From: Clostridia bacterium
Lineage (GTDB): Bacteria; Bacillota; Clostridia; Christensenellales; DTU072
DNA: 44,653 nucleotides
Reading direction: 5' to 3'
NCBI GenBank assembly: GCA_028701415.1
Contig: JAQVQU010000004.1
Location: 1 to 44,653 of the forward strand
Shown: one piece after another, positions 19,291-29,453 of the stretch
How positions within the stretch are numbered: the first letter of the stretch is position 1
Layout: each line of letters begins with the position of its first letter
Notes under the pieces: generated by a model
Seen by the model: the letters and a program-made list of their open reading frames with translations, nothing else
Told to the model about the DNA's origin: nothing
The model's database searches: none
Translations under genes and position numbers: made by a program

Positions 19291-21081
19291 ATGGCAGAGT
19301 TTCTTACAGGGATGAAACGAACGAAAATGTGTGGGCTATTTTCTGCAGAAGAAGTAGGACTTGAAGTAACAGCTATGGGTTTTGTCGCAAAATATCGTAA
19401 CCTAGGAAGTATAGTCTTTGTGGATTTAAGAGACAGAACCGGAATTATTCAACTAGCATTTAGCAGTGAAATAGATAAATGCTCTTTTGAAAAGGCCCAA
19501 ACGGTAAGAAACGAGTTCGTTTTAGCTGTTAAAGGGACGGTATCAAAAAGATCAGCGAATAACGTTAATATAAGAATAACGACAGGTGAAATAGAGATAT
19601 TAGTTACAGAACTTCGTATCATATCGGAAGCTGAAACTCCTCCTTTCAATATAACCGAAGAAAGTAATGTAAATGAAGCAATGAGACTTAGGTTTAGATA
19701 TTTAGATTTGCGTAGGGCTTACCTGCAAAAATTAATTATTCTACGTGATAAGATTTGCTTGGCTACACATAATTACTTGTCGGACAAAGGTTTTCTTAAC
19801 ATAGAAACCCCATTTTTAGGAAAATCGACCCCAGAGGGTGCGAGGGATTATCTAGTACCAAGCAGGGTTAATTTAGGAACATTTTATGCTTTGCCACAAT
19901 CGCCTCAAATTTACAAACAGCTCTTAATGATTTCTGGTTTTGACAGATATTATCAAATAGCTAGATGTTTTAGAGACGAAGATTTAAGAGCAAATAGACA
20001 ACCAGAATTCACTCAAATAGATATTGAAATGAGTTATGTTGATGACATTACTGATGTAATGGATATAGCAGAGGGTTTAATTAGATATATTTTTAAAGAA
20101 TCAATTGGATTGGATCTTCCCCCTCAATTTAAAAAAATAGAGTATCAAGAAGCTATGGAAAGATTCGGAAGCGACAAACCGGATACAAGATTCTCACTCG
20201 AATTAGAAAACATTTCTGAAGTGCTAGTTGATACGGGATTTCCTCCCTTTGAGGAATCACAAAAGAAAGACTCTAGTATTCGAGCCATAAACATAAAAGG
20301 TGGAGCAGATTATTCGAGAAAAGACATTGACAAATTGTCTGCAGTAGCGAGAGAATACGGTGCAAAGGGAGTTTTCTCAATCGCTTTTAAGAAAGAAGGA
20401 ATTTCCTCTTCATTATTAAAATATTTAGACCAAATAGTTTTGGATAAACTTAAAAATAGATTAAATATTCAGGAGGGAGATCTTCTCATTATTGTGGCTG
20501 ATAAAAATAAAACAGTTTTTGATTCTTTAGGCGCCATTCGTCTTTATCTTGGAAAAACTTTAGGACTAATTGATGAACAGAGTTATGATGTATTGTGGGT
20601 CACTAACTTTCCTTTGTATGAATACGATGAAAAAGAAGATAGGCTTGCGGCAATGCATCACCCTTTTACCTCCCCGTTAAATGAAGATTTGGTTTATCTT
20701 GAATCAGATCCCTTAAGAGTAAGGGCAAAAGCTTACGATTTGGTTATTAATGGACAAGAAGCAGGTGGAGGATCAATCAGGATCCATTCAAAGGATATTC
20801 AAAAGAAAATGTTCGAGATAATTGGTTTGTCGCAGGAAGATATTATGCATAAATTTGGTTTTTTTGTGGATGCTTTTAAATATGGCGTTCCACCACATGG
20901 TGGTCTAGCATTTGGGTTAGATAGGCTAGTAATGTTATTAGGAAAAACCGATAACATTAAAGATGTTATAGCTTTCCCTAAGAACCAATCTGCTCAATGC
21001 CTAATGTCTGACGCTCCAAGCACATTGGATGTTAGACAACTGAAAGAAATTTTTCCCGATGGAAAGGTATTTAATGATTGA
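19291..21081 (+). CDS. aspS: Aspartate-tRNA ligase (bacterial type)
   Basis: 596 aa. FRDEDLRANRQPEFTQIDIEMS, GGGSIRIH and PPHGGLAFGLDRLVM motifs. The hisS-aspS pair is conserved. Confidence 0.95.
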   Translation: MAEFLTGMKRTKMCGLFSAEEVGLEVTAMGFVAKYRNLGSIVFVDLRDRTGIIQLAFSSEIDKCSFEKAQTVRNEFVLAVKGTVSKRSANNVNIRITTGEIEILVTELRIISEAETPPFNITEESNVNEAMRLRFRYLDLRRAYLQKLIILRDKICLATHNYLSDKGFLNIETPFLGKSTPEGARDYLVPSRVNLGTFYALPQSPQIYKQLLMISGFDRYYQIARCFRDEDLRANRQPEFTQIDIEMSYVDDITDVMDIAEGLIRYIFKESIGLDLPPQFKKIEYQEAMERFGSDKPDTRFSLELENISEVLVDTGFPPFEESQKKDSSIRAINIKGGADYSRKDIDKLSAVAREYGAKGVFSIAFKKEGISSSLLKYLDQIVLDKLKNRLNIQEGDLLIIVADKNKTVFDSLGAIRLYLGKTLGLIDEQSYDVLWVTNFPLYEYDEKEDRLAAMHHPFTSPLNEDLVYLESDPLRVRAKAYDLVINGQEAGGGSIRIHSKDIQKKMFEIIGLSQEDIMHKFGFFVDAFKYGVPPHGGLAFGLDRLVMLLGKTDNIKDVIAFPKNQSAQCLMSDAPSTLDVRQLKEIFPDGKVFND

Positions 21082-21601
21082 AAATGGTATTATTTATAAA
21101 GTAACTCGAGGAGGTTACGCAATAGTTCGTTTATCAAGAAAGACTGCATGTGAAAACTGTAAAATGTGTTTAATGCCACGAAAAGAAATGTATGTTCAAG
21201 TAAGAATAAGAAATACTGAAGGGCTAAAAGAGGGAGAATATGTATCAATTGTTATGCCAGATAGCGCAGTATTAAAATCAGCTTTTTTGGTGTACTTATT
21301 GCCTATTTTAGTTATGACAGTTGTGCTTGGTTTAACTTATAAATTAGAACTTTGGATATCACTTATTGCTACAATTTCATCAGTTATAGTAGTTTTTGTA
21401 GGAGTTGCATTATTAGATAAGTATATACTAAAAAAGCTGAAAGGGTTTTCTCCTTCTATGAGCAAAGCTTGTCAGATATCAAAGGAAGAACAAAAAAGCT
21501 TGGAATCATTAATTATGGGAAGAGAAATACTTTATGAGGATGACTTAGGGAAATATTCGCTGAAAGAAAAAAACGGCGATACAAGAGATAAGGAAAATTA
21601 A
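21074..21601 (+). CDS. RseC/MucC-family (SoxR-reducing-system-like) membrane protein with a CxxCxxC motif and a charged C-terminal extension
   Basis: Start re-called to ATG 21074; it overlaps the aspS stop by 8 nt. The N-terminal beta-like segment contains TACENCKMC. Two adjacent TM helices (AFLVYLLPILVMTVVLGLTY and LWISLIATISSVIVVFVGVALL) match RseC-family topology. The family call rests on pattern recognition only. Confidence 0.6.
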   Translation: MIENGIIYKVTRGGYAIVRLSRKTACENCKMCLMPRKEMYVQVRIRNTEGLKEGEYVSIVMPDSAVLKSAFLVYLLPILVMTVVLGLTYKLELWISLIATISSVIVVFVGVALLDKYILKKLKGFSPSMSKACQISKEEQKSLESLIMGREILYEDDLGKYSLKEKNGDTRDKEN

Positions 21602-21631
21602 ATTATTTGTAATTAGGAGATTTATTAAATT

Positions 21632-21964
21632 ATGTTGGAAATTGAAAAAGGAATAACCGAATTATACGATACAATTAATAATAATGAGTTTGTATTTATG
21701 GAAATAACAGCACCTTGGTGTAATCAATGCAAGATGATGAAACCTGTGATACAAAACATCGAAGATGAATATAAAGATAAAGTAATATTTGTAAAAATAG
21801 ATCAAGATAAAAATCCAGAAATTTCATCGATTTATAATGTTATTTCTCTTCCCACATTTTTTTTCTTTGTTCAAGGAGAAAAAAAAGAAGCATTTCAGAT
21901 GCGCTCAAAAAGTTTTATTCAAAATTTAATTAATAAATATATAGGTGGAGGAAAAAATGATTGA
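21632..21964 (+). CDS. Thioredoxin-fold protein with a non-canonical WCNQC active site
   Basis: 110 aa. It has [14 protein letters not shown] where thioredoxins carry WCGPC, and a cis-Pro context ISLPTFFFF. The length and motif spacing are typical of thioredoxin. Confidence 0.8.
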   Translation: MLEIEKGITELYDTINNNEFVFMEITAPWCNQCKMMKPVIQNIEDEYKDKVIFVKIDQDKNPEISSIYNVISLPTFFFFVQGEKKEAFQMRSKSFIQNLINKYIGGGKND

Positions 21965-23213
21965 TTTAACAACAATTAAGAATTATGATTCAGAGATTTA
22001 CGGTTCAATCGTTCGTGAATTAAGAAGGCAACAAAACAATATTGAATTAATCGCAAGTGAAAACTTCGTTTCTCTCCCAGTTTTGACTGCAGCAGGGACT
22101 CATTTAACGAATAAATATGCAGAAGGGTATCCTGGAAAGCGCTACTATGGTGGTTGTGAGTATGTAGATGAAGTAGAAACAATCGCAATTGAAAGAGCGA
22201 AAAGCTTATTCAATGCAAAATACGTTAATGTTCAGCCCCATTCTGGAAGTAGCGCTAATTTTCAAGTTTACTTTGCCTTATTAAAGCCTGGTGATTCTGT
22301 TTTAGGTATGAGTTTAAGCCATGGTGGGCATTTAACTCACGGCAGCCCAGTAAATGTGAGTGGACAATATTTCAAGTTTGAGTCTTATGGGGTAGATCAT
22401 GATGGATTTATAAATTATTCACAAATCAGAGAAAAAGTAAAACAATACAAGCCAAAAATGATTGTAGCTGGGGCAAGTGCTTATCCCCGAAAGATAGATT
22501 TTTCGAAGTTTAGAGAAATTGCGGATGAATTTGGATGTCTATTAATGGTTGATATGGCCCATATTGCTGGCCTTGTTGCAGCAGGGTTACATATGAATCC
22601 AATTGATTATGCTGATGTTGTTACGACAACTACTCATAAAACATTAAGAGGCCCAAGGAGCGGAATGATACTATCCAATAATGAGGAAATTGGAAAACTT
22701 ATTAATAAATCCGTTTTCCCTGGTACACAAGGGGGCCCATTGATGCATATAATTGCGGCAAAAGCAATTGCATTGAAAGAGGCGCTTTCTGATGATTTTA
22801 AAGTTTATCAGGATAGAGTTATAAATAATGCAAAAATGCTTGCAACAACACTTTCTGAAAAGGGAATCAAACTTTTTTCTGGCGGAACGGACAATCATTT
22901 AATGTTGATTGACTTAAGGGGAACGGGTATAGGTGGAAAAGACCTAGAAATTATGTTAGACAAAGTTAATATAACTACTAATAAAAATACCATTCCTAAT
23001 GATGATGCCGCTAGTCCTTTTAACCCTAATGGACTGAGAGTCGGGACTCCAAGTGTTACTACAAGGGGTATGAACGAAAATGAAATGATTATTATTGGTG
23101 AGTGTTTAGCTGATGTTATAAAAGAAAAAGAGCAATCTTTGGTTAAGGTAAAAAATCGAGTTAGTGAATTAGTAAATAGATTTCCATTATATTCTAATGA
23201 TTTTGTTTTCTAA
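21957..23213 (+). CDS. glyA: Serine hydroxymethyltransferase
   Basis: Start re-called to ATG 21957 with GGAGG 5 nt upstream. ELIASENF motif and the PLP-lysine motif [14 protein letters not shown]. Confidence 0.95.
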   Translation: MIDLTTIKNYDSEIYGSIVRELRRQQNNIELIASENFVSLPVLTAAGTHLTNKYAEGYPGKRYYGGCEYVDEVETIAIERAKSLFNAKYVNVQPHSGSSANFQVYFALLKPGDSVLGMSLSHGGHLTHGSPVNVSGQYFKFESYGVDHDGFINYSQIREKVKQYKPKMIVAGASAYPRKIDFSKFREIADEFGCLLMVDMAHIAGLVAAGLHMNPIDYADVVTTTTHKTLRGPRSGMILSNNEEIGKLINKSVFPGTQGGPLMHIIAAKAIALKEALSDDFKVYQDRVINNAKMLATTLSEKGIKLFSGGTDNHLMLIDLRGTGIGGKDLEIMLDKVNITTNKNTIPNDDAASPFNPNGLRVGTPSVTTRGMNENEMIIIGECLADVIKEKEQSLVKVKNRVSELVNRFPLYSNDFVF

Positions 23214-23234
23214 TTTAAAATATAAGGTTTGATT

Positions 23235-24416
23235 ATGAAAATATATCTTGATAATTCTGCAACAACGCCATTAAATCCACATGTTCTTGAGGCAATGCTC
23301 CCATTCTTCACGGATAAATTTGGTAATGCTTCATCCATTCATTCTTATGGACGAGAGGCAAACCGAGCGGTTTCTGAAGCGAGAGAAATTATTGCCGAGT
23401 GTATAAATGCTCGCCCAAGCGAGATCTATTTCACCTCTGGTGGTACCGAGAGTGATAACTGGGCTTTAAAAGGCGCTGTTTATGTGTCGAAGAATAAATA
23501 TAAACATATTATAACAACGCAGATAGAACATCCTGCGATTTTAAATACTTGCGCTGAGCTGGAAAAGCAAAATGTTGAGATTACATATATGAATCCAAGC
23601 AATGAAGGTATGATCAATCCTAAAGAGTTATCCAATTTATTTACTGAAAATACTATCTTGACTTCTATAATGTTTGCTAATAACGAAATTGGTACGCTAC
23701 AACCTATAAAAGAGGCTGCCAGAATTTGTAGGGAACAAAGTGTATTATTCCACACTGACGCAGTTCAAGCAATGGATAGCCAAAAAATCGATGTAAAAGA
23801 ATTAGGGATTGATATGTTATCGATGTCTGCTCATAAGTTTTATGGACCCAAGGGGATAGGAGTTCTTTTCGTGAAGACAGGATCTAGATTGGGGAAACTA
23901 ATTAATGGTGGAGAACAAGAGCGAGGACTTAGAGCTGGAACAACCCCGACACCATTGATTGTTGGAATGGCAAAAGCTTTAGAGATTTCAGTTAGAGATA
24001 GAGAAAAGAATAATCAGAGAATTCTTCGCTTAAGGAATATATTTATAGATAGAGTTCTATCTGAAATTCCTTATGTGTACTTAAATGGTAACAGAGAAAA
24101 CAGGCTTCCTAATAATGTCAATCTAAGTTTTGCCTTTATTGAAGGGGAAAGTGTTTTAATGAGATTAGATTTAGCTGGAATAGCTGTAAGCAGCGGTTCA
24201 GCTTGCGCTTCCGGGTCCTTGGAGGCGTCTCATGTAATTCTTTCCTTGGGAGTTAAGGAAGAATTGGCGCATAGCACAATTAGATTTAGTCTCGGGGTCG
24301 ATACTACCGAGCAGCAGATGGATTATGTATTTAATGTTTTAAAAAAGACAGTGGATGATTTAAGGAGAATGTCACCGTTGTATGATTATGAAAAAGGAAT
24401 AGGTAGTTATGTATAA
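23235..24416 (+). CDS. iscS: Cysteine desulfurase (NifS/IscS type)
   Basis: Start re-called to ATG 23235 (MKIYLDNSATTP). PLP-lysine motif SAHKFYGPKG. Active-site Cys loop SSGSACAS. Confidence 0.92.
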   Translation: MKIYLDNSATTPLNPHVLEAMLPFFTDKFGNASSIHSYGREANRAVSEAREIIAECINARPSEIYFTSGGTESDNWALKGAVYVSKNKYKHIITTQIEHPAILNTCAELEKQNVEITYMNPSNEGMINPKELSNLFTENTILTSIMFANNEIGTLQPIKEAARICREQSVLFHTDAVQAMDSQKIDVKELGIDMLSMSAHKFYGPKGIGVLFVKTGSRLGKLINGGEQERGLRAGTTPTPLIVGMAKALEISVRDREKNNQRILRLRNIFIDRVLSEIPYVYLNGNRENRLPNNVNLSFAFIEGESVLMRLDLAGIAVSSGSACASGSLEASHVILSLGVKEELAHSTIRFSLGVDTTEQQMDYVFNVLKKTVDDLRRMSPLYDYEKGIGSYV

Positions 24417-24780
24417 TGATAAAGTAATAGAAATTTTTAAAAACCCAAAAAATATTGGAGACCTAAAAGATGCAAATGCAATAGGGACAATAGGAAACGC
24501 TTCTTGTGGTGATATAATGCAGGTTTTTCTCAAAATTGAAAATAATGTTATAGTGGATGCGAAATTCAAGACTTTTGGATGCGCTGCGGCAATTGCCGCA
24601 AGTTCAATAGCGACAGAAATGATTATAGGAAAAACGGTAGATGAAGCTTTGACTTTAAAAAATGCTGATGTAGTTGCAGAATTAGGGGGGCTTCCAGCTC
24701 AAAAGATCCATTGTTCAGTTCTTGCTGAAGAAGCGATTCAAGCGGCTATAAAAGATTATAAAGAAAAAAATAATGGGTGA
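24409..24780 (+). CDS. iscU: Fe-S cluster scaffold protein (IscU/NifU N-terminal-domain type)
   Basis: 123 aa with the three scaffold cysteines in their usual contexts: [15 protein letters not shown] and KIHCSVLA. It overlaps iscS by 8 nt. Confidence 0.9.
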   Translation: MYNDKVIEIFKNPKNIGDLKDANAIGTIGNASCGDIMQVFLKIENNVIVDAKFKTFGCAAAIAASSIATEMIIGKTVDEALTLKNADVVAELGGLPAQKIHCSVLAEEAIQAAIKDYKEKNNG

Positions 24781-24787
24781 TTTGTTA

Positions 24788-26593
24788 ATGGATAATAGAC
24801 AACAACTAATAAGAAATTTTTGCATAATTGCCCATATTGACCATGGAAAGAGCACTTTGGCAGATAGACTTCTTCAGGAAACGGGGACAGTTGCTGACCG
24901 AAATATGAAGGAACAAATGCTCGATGACATGGATATTGAGAGGGAGAGAGGCATAACAGTAAAGCTTACTCCTGCAAGAATGAAATATACTTTTGATGGG
25001 ATAGAGTACACTCTAAATTTGATAGATACTCCGGGACACGTAGATTTTACTTATGAAGTTAGTCGTTCCCTGGCCGCCTGTGAGGGAGCTCTACTTGTAG
25101 TAGATGCGACACAAGGAATTGAGGCGCAAACTTTAACAAACGTTTATTTGGCTTTGGATAATGATTTAGAAATTTTGCCGGTTATTAATAAAATAGATCT
25201 TCAATCGGCTGATGTAGAAGCAACTAAGAAAGAGATAGAAGATATTATTGGTTTAGATGCATCTAGGGCAATTTTAGTCAGCGCAAAAGAAGGTATTAAC
25301 ATTGATAAATTATTAGTTAGTATAGTCAAAGATCTTCCTCCACCATCCGGGAGTTTAGAGGGACCCTTGAGGGCTCTGATTTTTGATAGTATCTACGATA
25401 ACTTTAAAGGAGTCATTTGTAATGTAAGAGTAATTGATGGGAAAATTGCTGCTGGAACTAGAATCAAAATGATGTCAAACGGAAAGGAATTCGAGTGCAC
25501 AGAGGTAGGGATCTTTAACCCAACAATGCTTGAAATAGATGAATTAAAAGCAGGCGATGTAGGATACATTGCCGCAAGCATCAAAAATGTAGAAGATACT
25601 TCAGTGGGAGATACAATAACTTATTCTTTAAAGGGCGCTACTGCACCACTAAAGGGTTATAAAAAAGTAACTCCTATGGTTTTTGCTGGTATCTATCCTG
25701 CCGATGGAAGCAGATATAATGATTTGCGAGAAGCAATGAATAAATTGAAGCTTAATGATGCATCTTTAACATATGAACCTGAGACCTCTAATGCGTTAGG
25801 TTTTGGCTTTAGGGTGGGATTTTTGGGGCTTTTACATATGGAAATCATCGAGGAAAGACTGGAAAGAGAATTTGACTTAGATTTGGTCACAACTGCTCCT
25901 AGTGTTATATATAGGGTCCTGAAGGTTAACGGAGATGAGGTTACTGTTGACAATCCAACAAAACTACCCGATCAATCTATAATTGATAAGATTCTTGAGC
26001 CAATAGTGCATGCTTCCATATTTTCTCCGCCTGATTATGTTGGACCTATAATGGAATTGTGCCAAGAAAAAAGAGGAACATTTATTAATATGACATATTT
26101 AGACCCAACGAGAGTTCATATTGAATATAAAATTCCGCTTTCGGAGATAATTTATGATTTCTTTGATACCTTGAAATCAAGGACTAGAGGTTATGCCAGT
26201 TTAGATTACACTCTCGATGGATATAATCCTGACAATTTAGTTAAGGTAGATTTTCTGCTAAATGGTGACACTTGTGATGCCTTATCCTTAATTGTTCATC
26301 GTGATAAAGCTTATTCTCGAGCAAGGAATATCACTGAAAGACTTCGTGAAGCTATTCCTAGGCAGATGTTTGAAATCCCAATTCAAGCTGCAATTGGATC
26401 AAAAATTATTGCAAGAGAAACAGTTAAGGCTGTAAGAAAAGATGTCCTTGCTAAATGTTATGGGGGGGATATTACTAGGAAAAAGAAACTTTTAGAAAAG
26501 CAGAAAGAAGGGAAAAAGAGAATGAGACAATTTGGCTCAGTATCAATTCCATCTGAGGCTTTTATGTCAATATTAAAAATTAACGATGACTGA
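24788..26593 (+). CDS. lepA: Elongation factor 4 (LepA)
   Basis: [30 protein letters not shown] and NKIDL motifs. Start set to ATG 24788 (SD GGGTGA 7 nt upstream). ATG 24773 is an alternative. Confidence 0.94.
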   Translation: MDNRQQLIRNFCIIAHIDHGKSTLADRLLQETGTVADRNMKEQMLDDMDIERERGITVKLTPARMKYTFDGIEYTLNLIDTPGHVDFTYEVSRSLAACEGALLVVDATQGIEAQTLTNVYLALDNDLEILPVINKIDLQSADVEATKKEIEDIIGLDASRAILVSAKEGINIDKLLVSIVKDLPPPSGSLEGPLRALIFDSIYDNFKGVICNVRVIDGKIAAGTRIKMMSNGKEFECTEVGIFNPTMLEIDELKAGDVGYIAASIKNVEDTSVGDTITYSLKGATAPLKGYKKVTPMVFAGIYPADGSRYNDLREAMNKLKLNDASLTYEPETSNALGFGFRVGFLGLLHMEIIEERLEREFDLDLVTTAPSVIYRVLKVNGDEVTVDNPTKLPDQSIIDKILEPIVHASIFSPPDYVGPIMELCQEKRGTFINMTYLDPTRVHIEYKIPLSEIIYDFFDTLKSRTRGYASLDYTLDGYNPDNLVKVDFLLNGDTCDALSLIVHRDKAYSRARNITERLREAIPRQMFEIPIQAAIGSKIIARETVKAVRKDVLAKCYGGDITRKKKLLEKQKEGKKRMRQFGSVSIPSEAFMSILKINDD

Positions 26594-27686
26594 TAGAGGC
26601 TTATACATACATATTCCCTTCTGCAGTGGTAAGTGTTATTATTGTGACTTTTTTTCCGTAGCTTTAGATACAGAAAAATTAGATTTTTTTACAAAAAAGA
26701 TTATTAAAGAGATAGAATATTTTTCAAATCAATATCCTGACACAAGAATCTCTTCAATTTATATCGGTGGTGGGACTCCTTCGATTGTACCATATTTATA
26801 CATTGAGAGGATTGTTAAAAGAATAAGTGACCTTTTTTTAGTAAATAGTGAGGAATTTACTATTGAAGTTAATCCTGGTGAAATTGAGTGGGTTAAAGAA
26901 TACTCAAATCTAGGAGTTAATAGAATAAGTTTGGGGGTTCAATCATTAAATAACAATGTATTGCTAAAATGTGGGAGGAGACATAACCGTGATTCTATTA
27001 TATATGCGTTGCAAGAAATTAGTAAATATTATGACAATGTATCCTGCGATTTGATTCTTGGTCTACCTGGGCAAAATGAAAATATCGTAATGAATGATAT
27101 AAATGAAGTTTCCAACTATGTAAAACATATTTCTTTGTATTTCTTAAAAATTGGAGAAGGAACTAAGTTTTATGATTTTTTAAAAAACAAGACAATTGAT
27201 TTTCCCGAAGATGATAACTTAGTAGAAATTTATTATTTAGCAAAAAATAAAATGTTAGAATTAGGGTATATAAGATATGAAGTCAGTAATTTTGCTAAAG
27301 AAAATTTTCAATCTAAACATAACACATTATATTGGTCTAGAAAGGAATACATAGGCGTTGGGCCAAGCGCATGTAGTTTAATCGGTAACAAAAGATTGCA
27401 AATTTCTAAATTGAATTACTTTAACGATAAAATTACTGAATATTTAACAGAAGAGGTACTAACTCTAGAAGAAATGGCAAAGGAAACAGTGATTCTATCT
27501 CTAAGAACCGACTATGGATTAGATTTAAATAGATTTGAAAAAACCTATGGTAAGAGTATTTTCCAAATGTTTCCAGAAGCAATGGAAAAAAACTTGAAGT
27601 TTTTTGAATTTTTTAATAGAAATTTTTTAAAAATAAGAGAAGAGTATTTTTTATCTCAAAATATTATATTTGAAGATTTTTTATAA
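26586..27686 (+). CDS. hemW: Radical SAM heme chaperone HemW (HemN-like, oxygen-independent coproporphyrinogen oxidase family)
   Basis: [17 protein letters not shown] contains the CxxxCxxC radical-SAM motif. The lepA-hemN/hemW-hrcA order is conserved. Confidence 0.88.
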   Translation: MTDRGLYIHIPFCSGKCYYCDFFSVALDTEKLDFFTKKIIKEIEYFSNQYPDTRISSIYIGGGTPSIVPYLYIERIVKRISDLFLVNSEEFTIEVNPGEIEWVKEYSNLGVNRISLGVQSLNNNVLLKCGRRHNRDSIIYALQEISKYYDNVSCDLILGLPGQNENIVMNDINEVSNYVKHISLYFLKIGEGTKFYDFLKNKTIDFPEDDNLVEIYYLAKNKMLELGYIRYEVSNFAKENFQSKHNTLYWSRKEYIGVGPSACSLIGNKRLQISKLNYFNDKITEYLTEEVLTLEEMAKETVILSLRTDYGLDLNRFEKTYGKSIFQMFPEAMEKNLKFFEFFNRNFLKIREEYFLSQNIIFEDFL

Positions 27687-27703
27687 ATTTTAAATTTTTG
27701 TTC

Positions 27704-27732
27704 TTGACAAAGAATTATACTGTCAATATAAT
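27704..27732 (+). promoter_or_regulatory. Sigma-A promoter of the hrcA-grpE-dnaK-dnaJ operon (perfect TTGACA-17 nt-TATAAT)
   Basis: TTGACA at 27704-27709, exactly 17 nt of spacer, and TATAAT at 27727-27732. It is immediately followed by the CIRCE element. Confidence 0.8.
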
Positions 27733-27736
27733 ATAT

Positions 27737-27763
27737 CTAGCAGTCAAAATATAAGAGTGCTAA
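27737..27763 (+). promoter_or_regulatory. CIRCE operator (HrcA binding site)
   Basis: CTAGCAGTC-N9-GAGTGCTAA compared with the consensus TTAGCACTC-N9-GAGTGCTAA. The right arm is perfect and the left arm has 2 mismatches. It starts 5 nt after the -10 box and lies directly upstream of hrcA. Confidence 0.88.
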
Positions 27764-27786
27764 CACAATGTATTGGAGTTTGCCAA

Positions 27787-28866
27787 GTGGATCATAAATT
27801 ATCTGATCGGAAGAAGAAAGTATTAAGGGCAGTGGTTGATGAATATATTTCCTCTCCAATCCCGGTATCTTCTTCTGAAATTAGAGAAAAATATTTTAAT
27901 GATATTAGTTCAGCTACTATCAGGGTCGAATTGTCGGCTTTAGAAGAGATGGGTTATTTGGTCCAACCACATACTTCAGCGGGCCGTGTTCCTTCTTCGA
28001 TTGCATATAAGTTTTATGTTGAGAATTTCATTGGGAAAAAGCCATTAAAGAAAAAAGATATAAGAACAATAGATAATTTTTTTGATAAGAAATTTAATGA
28101 AATAGAAGATATTGTAAAAACGTCAGCCAAAGTAATAAGTGAAATAACAAATTATACTTCAGTAATAGTAATCAACAATATCAATAACGTTTTGATAAAA
28201 GAGATTAAGATAGTAGGATTAGAGCCTAATTCCGCTTTGGTGATAATAATAACTGATAGTGGAATTATAAAAGATAACATTATTTCTTTAAAGAGAAATA
28301 CAAATTCTTCATTTATTCGAGATGCAAATGTTCTTATCAATAAAATTTTTGCAGGCTATACTGTTGGCGAGTTAAAAACTAGATCTCAAATGGTTGAAAT
28401 GGAATTATCAGATTTCAGAGAATTATTGGATTGTGTAATTGAAATTTTAAAGAATTATTCTAATAAATCCGCTAAAAATGTTTATGTCGAAGGCGGAAAT
28501 AAAATGTTAAATTATCCAGGAGCGACTTTAGAACAGGCTAAATCGGCCTTGAATGTTTTAGAAGATAAATTGTTATTAGGGAATTTGTTAGATGATAAAA
28601 CGGATAATATTGAATTTTCTTTTAAAATTGGAAAAGATGAAACATGTGGGATCGATCGATGTGCAATCATGACTGCAAAATATACGATTAATGGAAAAGA
28701 GATTGGCCAGGCTGGTGTAATAGGTCCGGAACGAATGGATTATGGAAAAGTTATGGGAGTTCTTTCATATTTGAGTAAATCCATTAATAGTATAGCTGCC
28801 TGTGAAATAATTGATAAATGTGATGAAACGAGTATATTTGGAGAGGAAGATGGCAAAGAAAAATAA
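27787..28866 (+). CDS. hrcA: Heat-inducible transcription repressor HrcA (GTG start)
   Basis: LSDRKKKVLRAVVDEY and ELSALEEMGYLVQPHTSAGRVPS motifs. Start re-called to GTG 27787 (GGAG at 27775-27778, 8 nt upstream), because the ORF-track GTG 27757 lies inside the CIRCE right arm. Confidence 0.88.
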   Translation: MDHKLSDRKKKVLRAVVDEYISSPIPVSSSEIREKYFNDISSATIRVELSALEEMGYLVQPHTSAGRVPSSIAYKFYVENFIGKKPLKKKDIRTIDNFFDKKFNEIEDIVKTSAKVISEITNYTSVIVINNINNVLIKEIKIVGLEPNSALVIIITDSGIIKDNIISLKRNTNSSFIRDANVLINKIFAGYTVGELKTRSQMVEMELSDFRELLDCVIEILKNYSNKSAKNVYVEGGNKMLNYPGATLEQAKSALNVLEDKLLLGNLLDDKTDNIEFSFKIGKDETCGIDRCAIMTAKYTINGKEIGQAGVIGPERMDYGKVMGVLSYLSKSINSIAACEIIDKCDETSIFGEEDGKEK

Positions 28867-29410
28867 AGATGAAAATCTAAATGAACCAAAAGATAATTCT
28901 GAAAAATTAAATAGTGCTGAGGAATCAGACACACCTGTTTCTGAGGACCCCAAAACAGATGAATTTGAAATAAATAATGAGGTTATAGCTCAGCTCAATT
29001 TGAAAATAGATGATTATAAATTTACTGCGCAAAGAATTCAGGCTGAGTTTGAAAACTATAGAAAGAGAAATGAGGAAATAAAAAATTCTATCAAGAGCGA
29101 TACTATCAATGAAATAATACAAGAGTTTTTATTGGTTCTTGATTCAATTAATTCAGCTTTAAAAATTGTTCAGGAAGGATCAGCAAAAGAAGGTATAAAT
29201 CTTATTGCAAAGCAATTTTATTCTTTACTAACAAAGTATGAAGTTGAAGAAATTGATCCTGAAAACGAGGCGTTTAATCCTCTGTTTCATAATGCTGTGA
29301 TGCAAGAAGAAAATCCAGAAAAAGTTGGTACTGTTGTCCAGGTATTCCAAAAAGGATACAAACGGAAAGGAAAAGTAATTAGATTTGCAACTGTAAAAGT
29401 TGCGGTGTAA
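28850..29410 (+). CDS. grpE: Nucleotide exchange factor GrpE
   Basis: Start re-called to ATG 28850 (MAKKNKDEN...), with the purine-rich SD GGAGAGGAAG just upstream. It overlaps the hrcA end by 17 nt. [12 protein letters not shown] motif. Confidence 0.9.
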   Translation: MAKKNKDENLNEPKDNSEKLNSAEESDTPVSEDPKTDEFEINNEVIAQLNLKIDDYKFTAQRIQAEFENYRKRNEEIKNSIKSDTINEIIQEFLLVLDSINSALKIVQEGSAKEGINLIAKQFYSLLTKYEVEEIDPENEAFNPLFHNAVMQEENPEKVGTVVQVFQKGYKRKGKVIRFATVKVAV

Positions 29411-29453
29411 AAATATAAATAACCCCACAAGGGTAAAAACAAGGAGAAATGTT

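Noticed and set aside
2435-26468. G7 homopolymers at 2435-2441 (smc), 7709-7715 (trmD) and 26462-26468 (lepA), conspicuous in an AT-rich genome and considered as possible phase-variation tracts.
   Set aside because: Each encodes Gly-Gly within an intact, essential housekeeping gene. The trmD tract encodes the conserved FGGGAGM motif. Phase variation of such genes is implausible. They remain worth remembering as sequencing-error hot spots.
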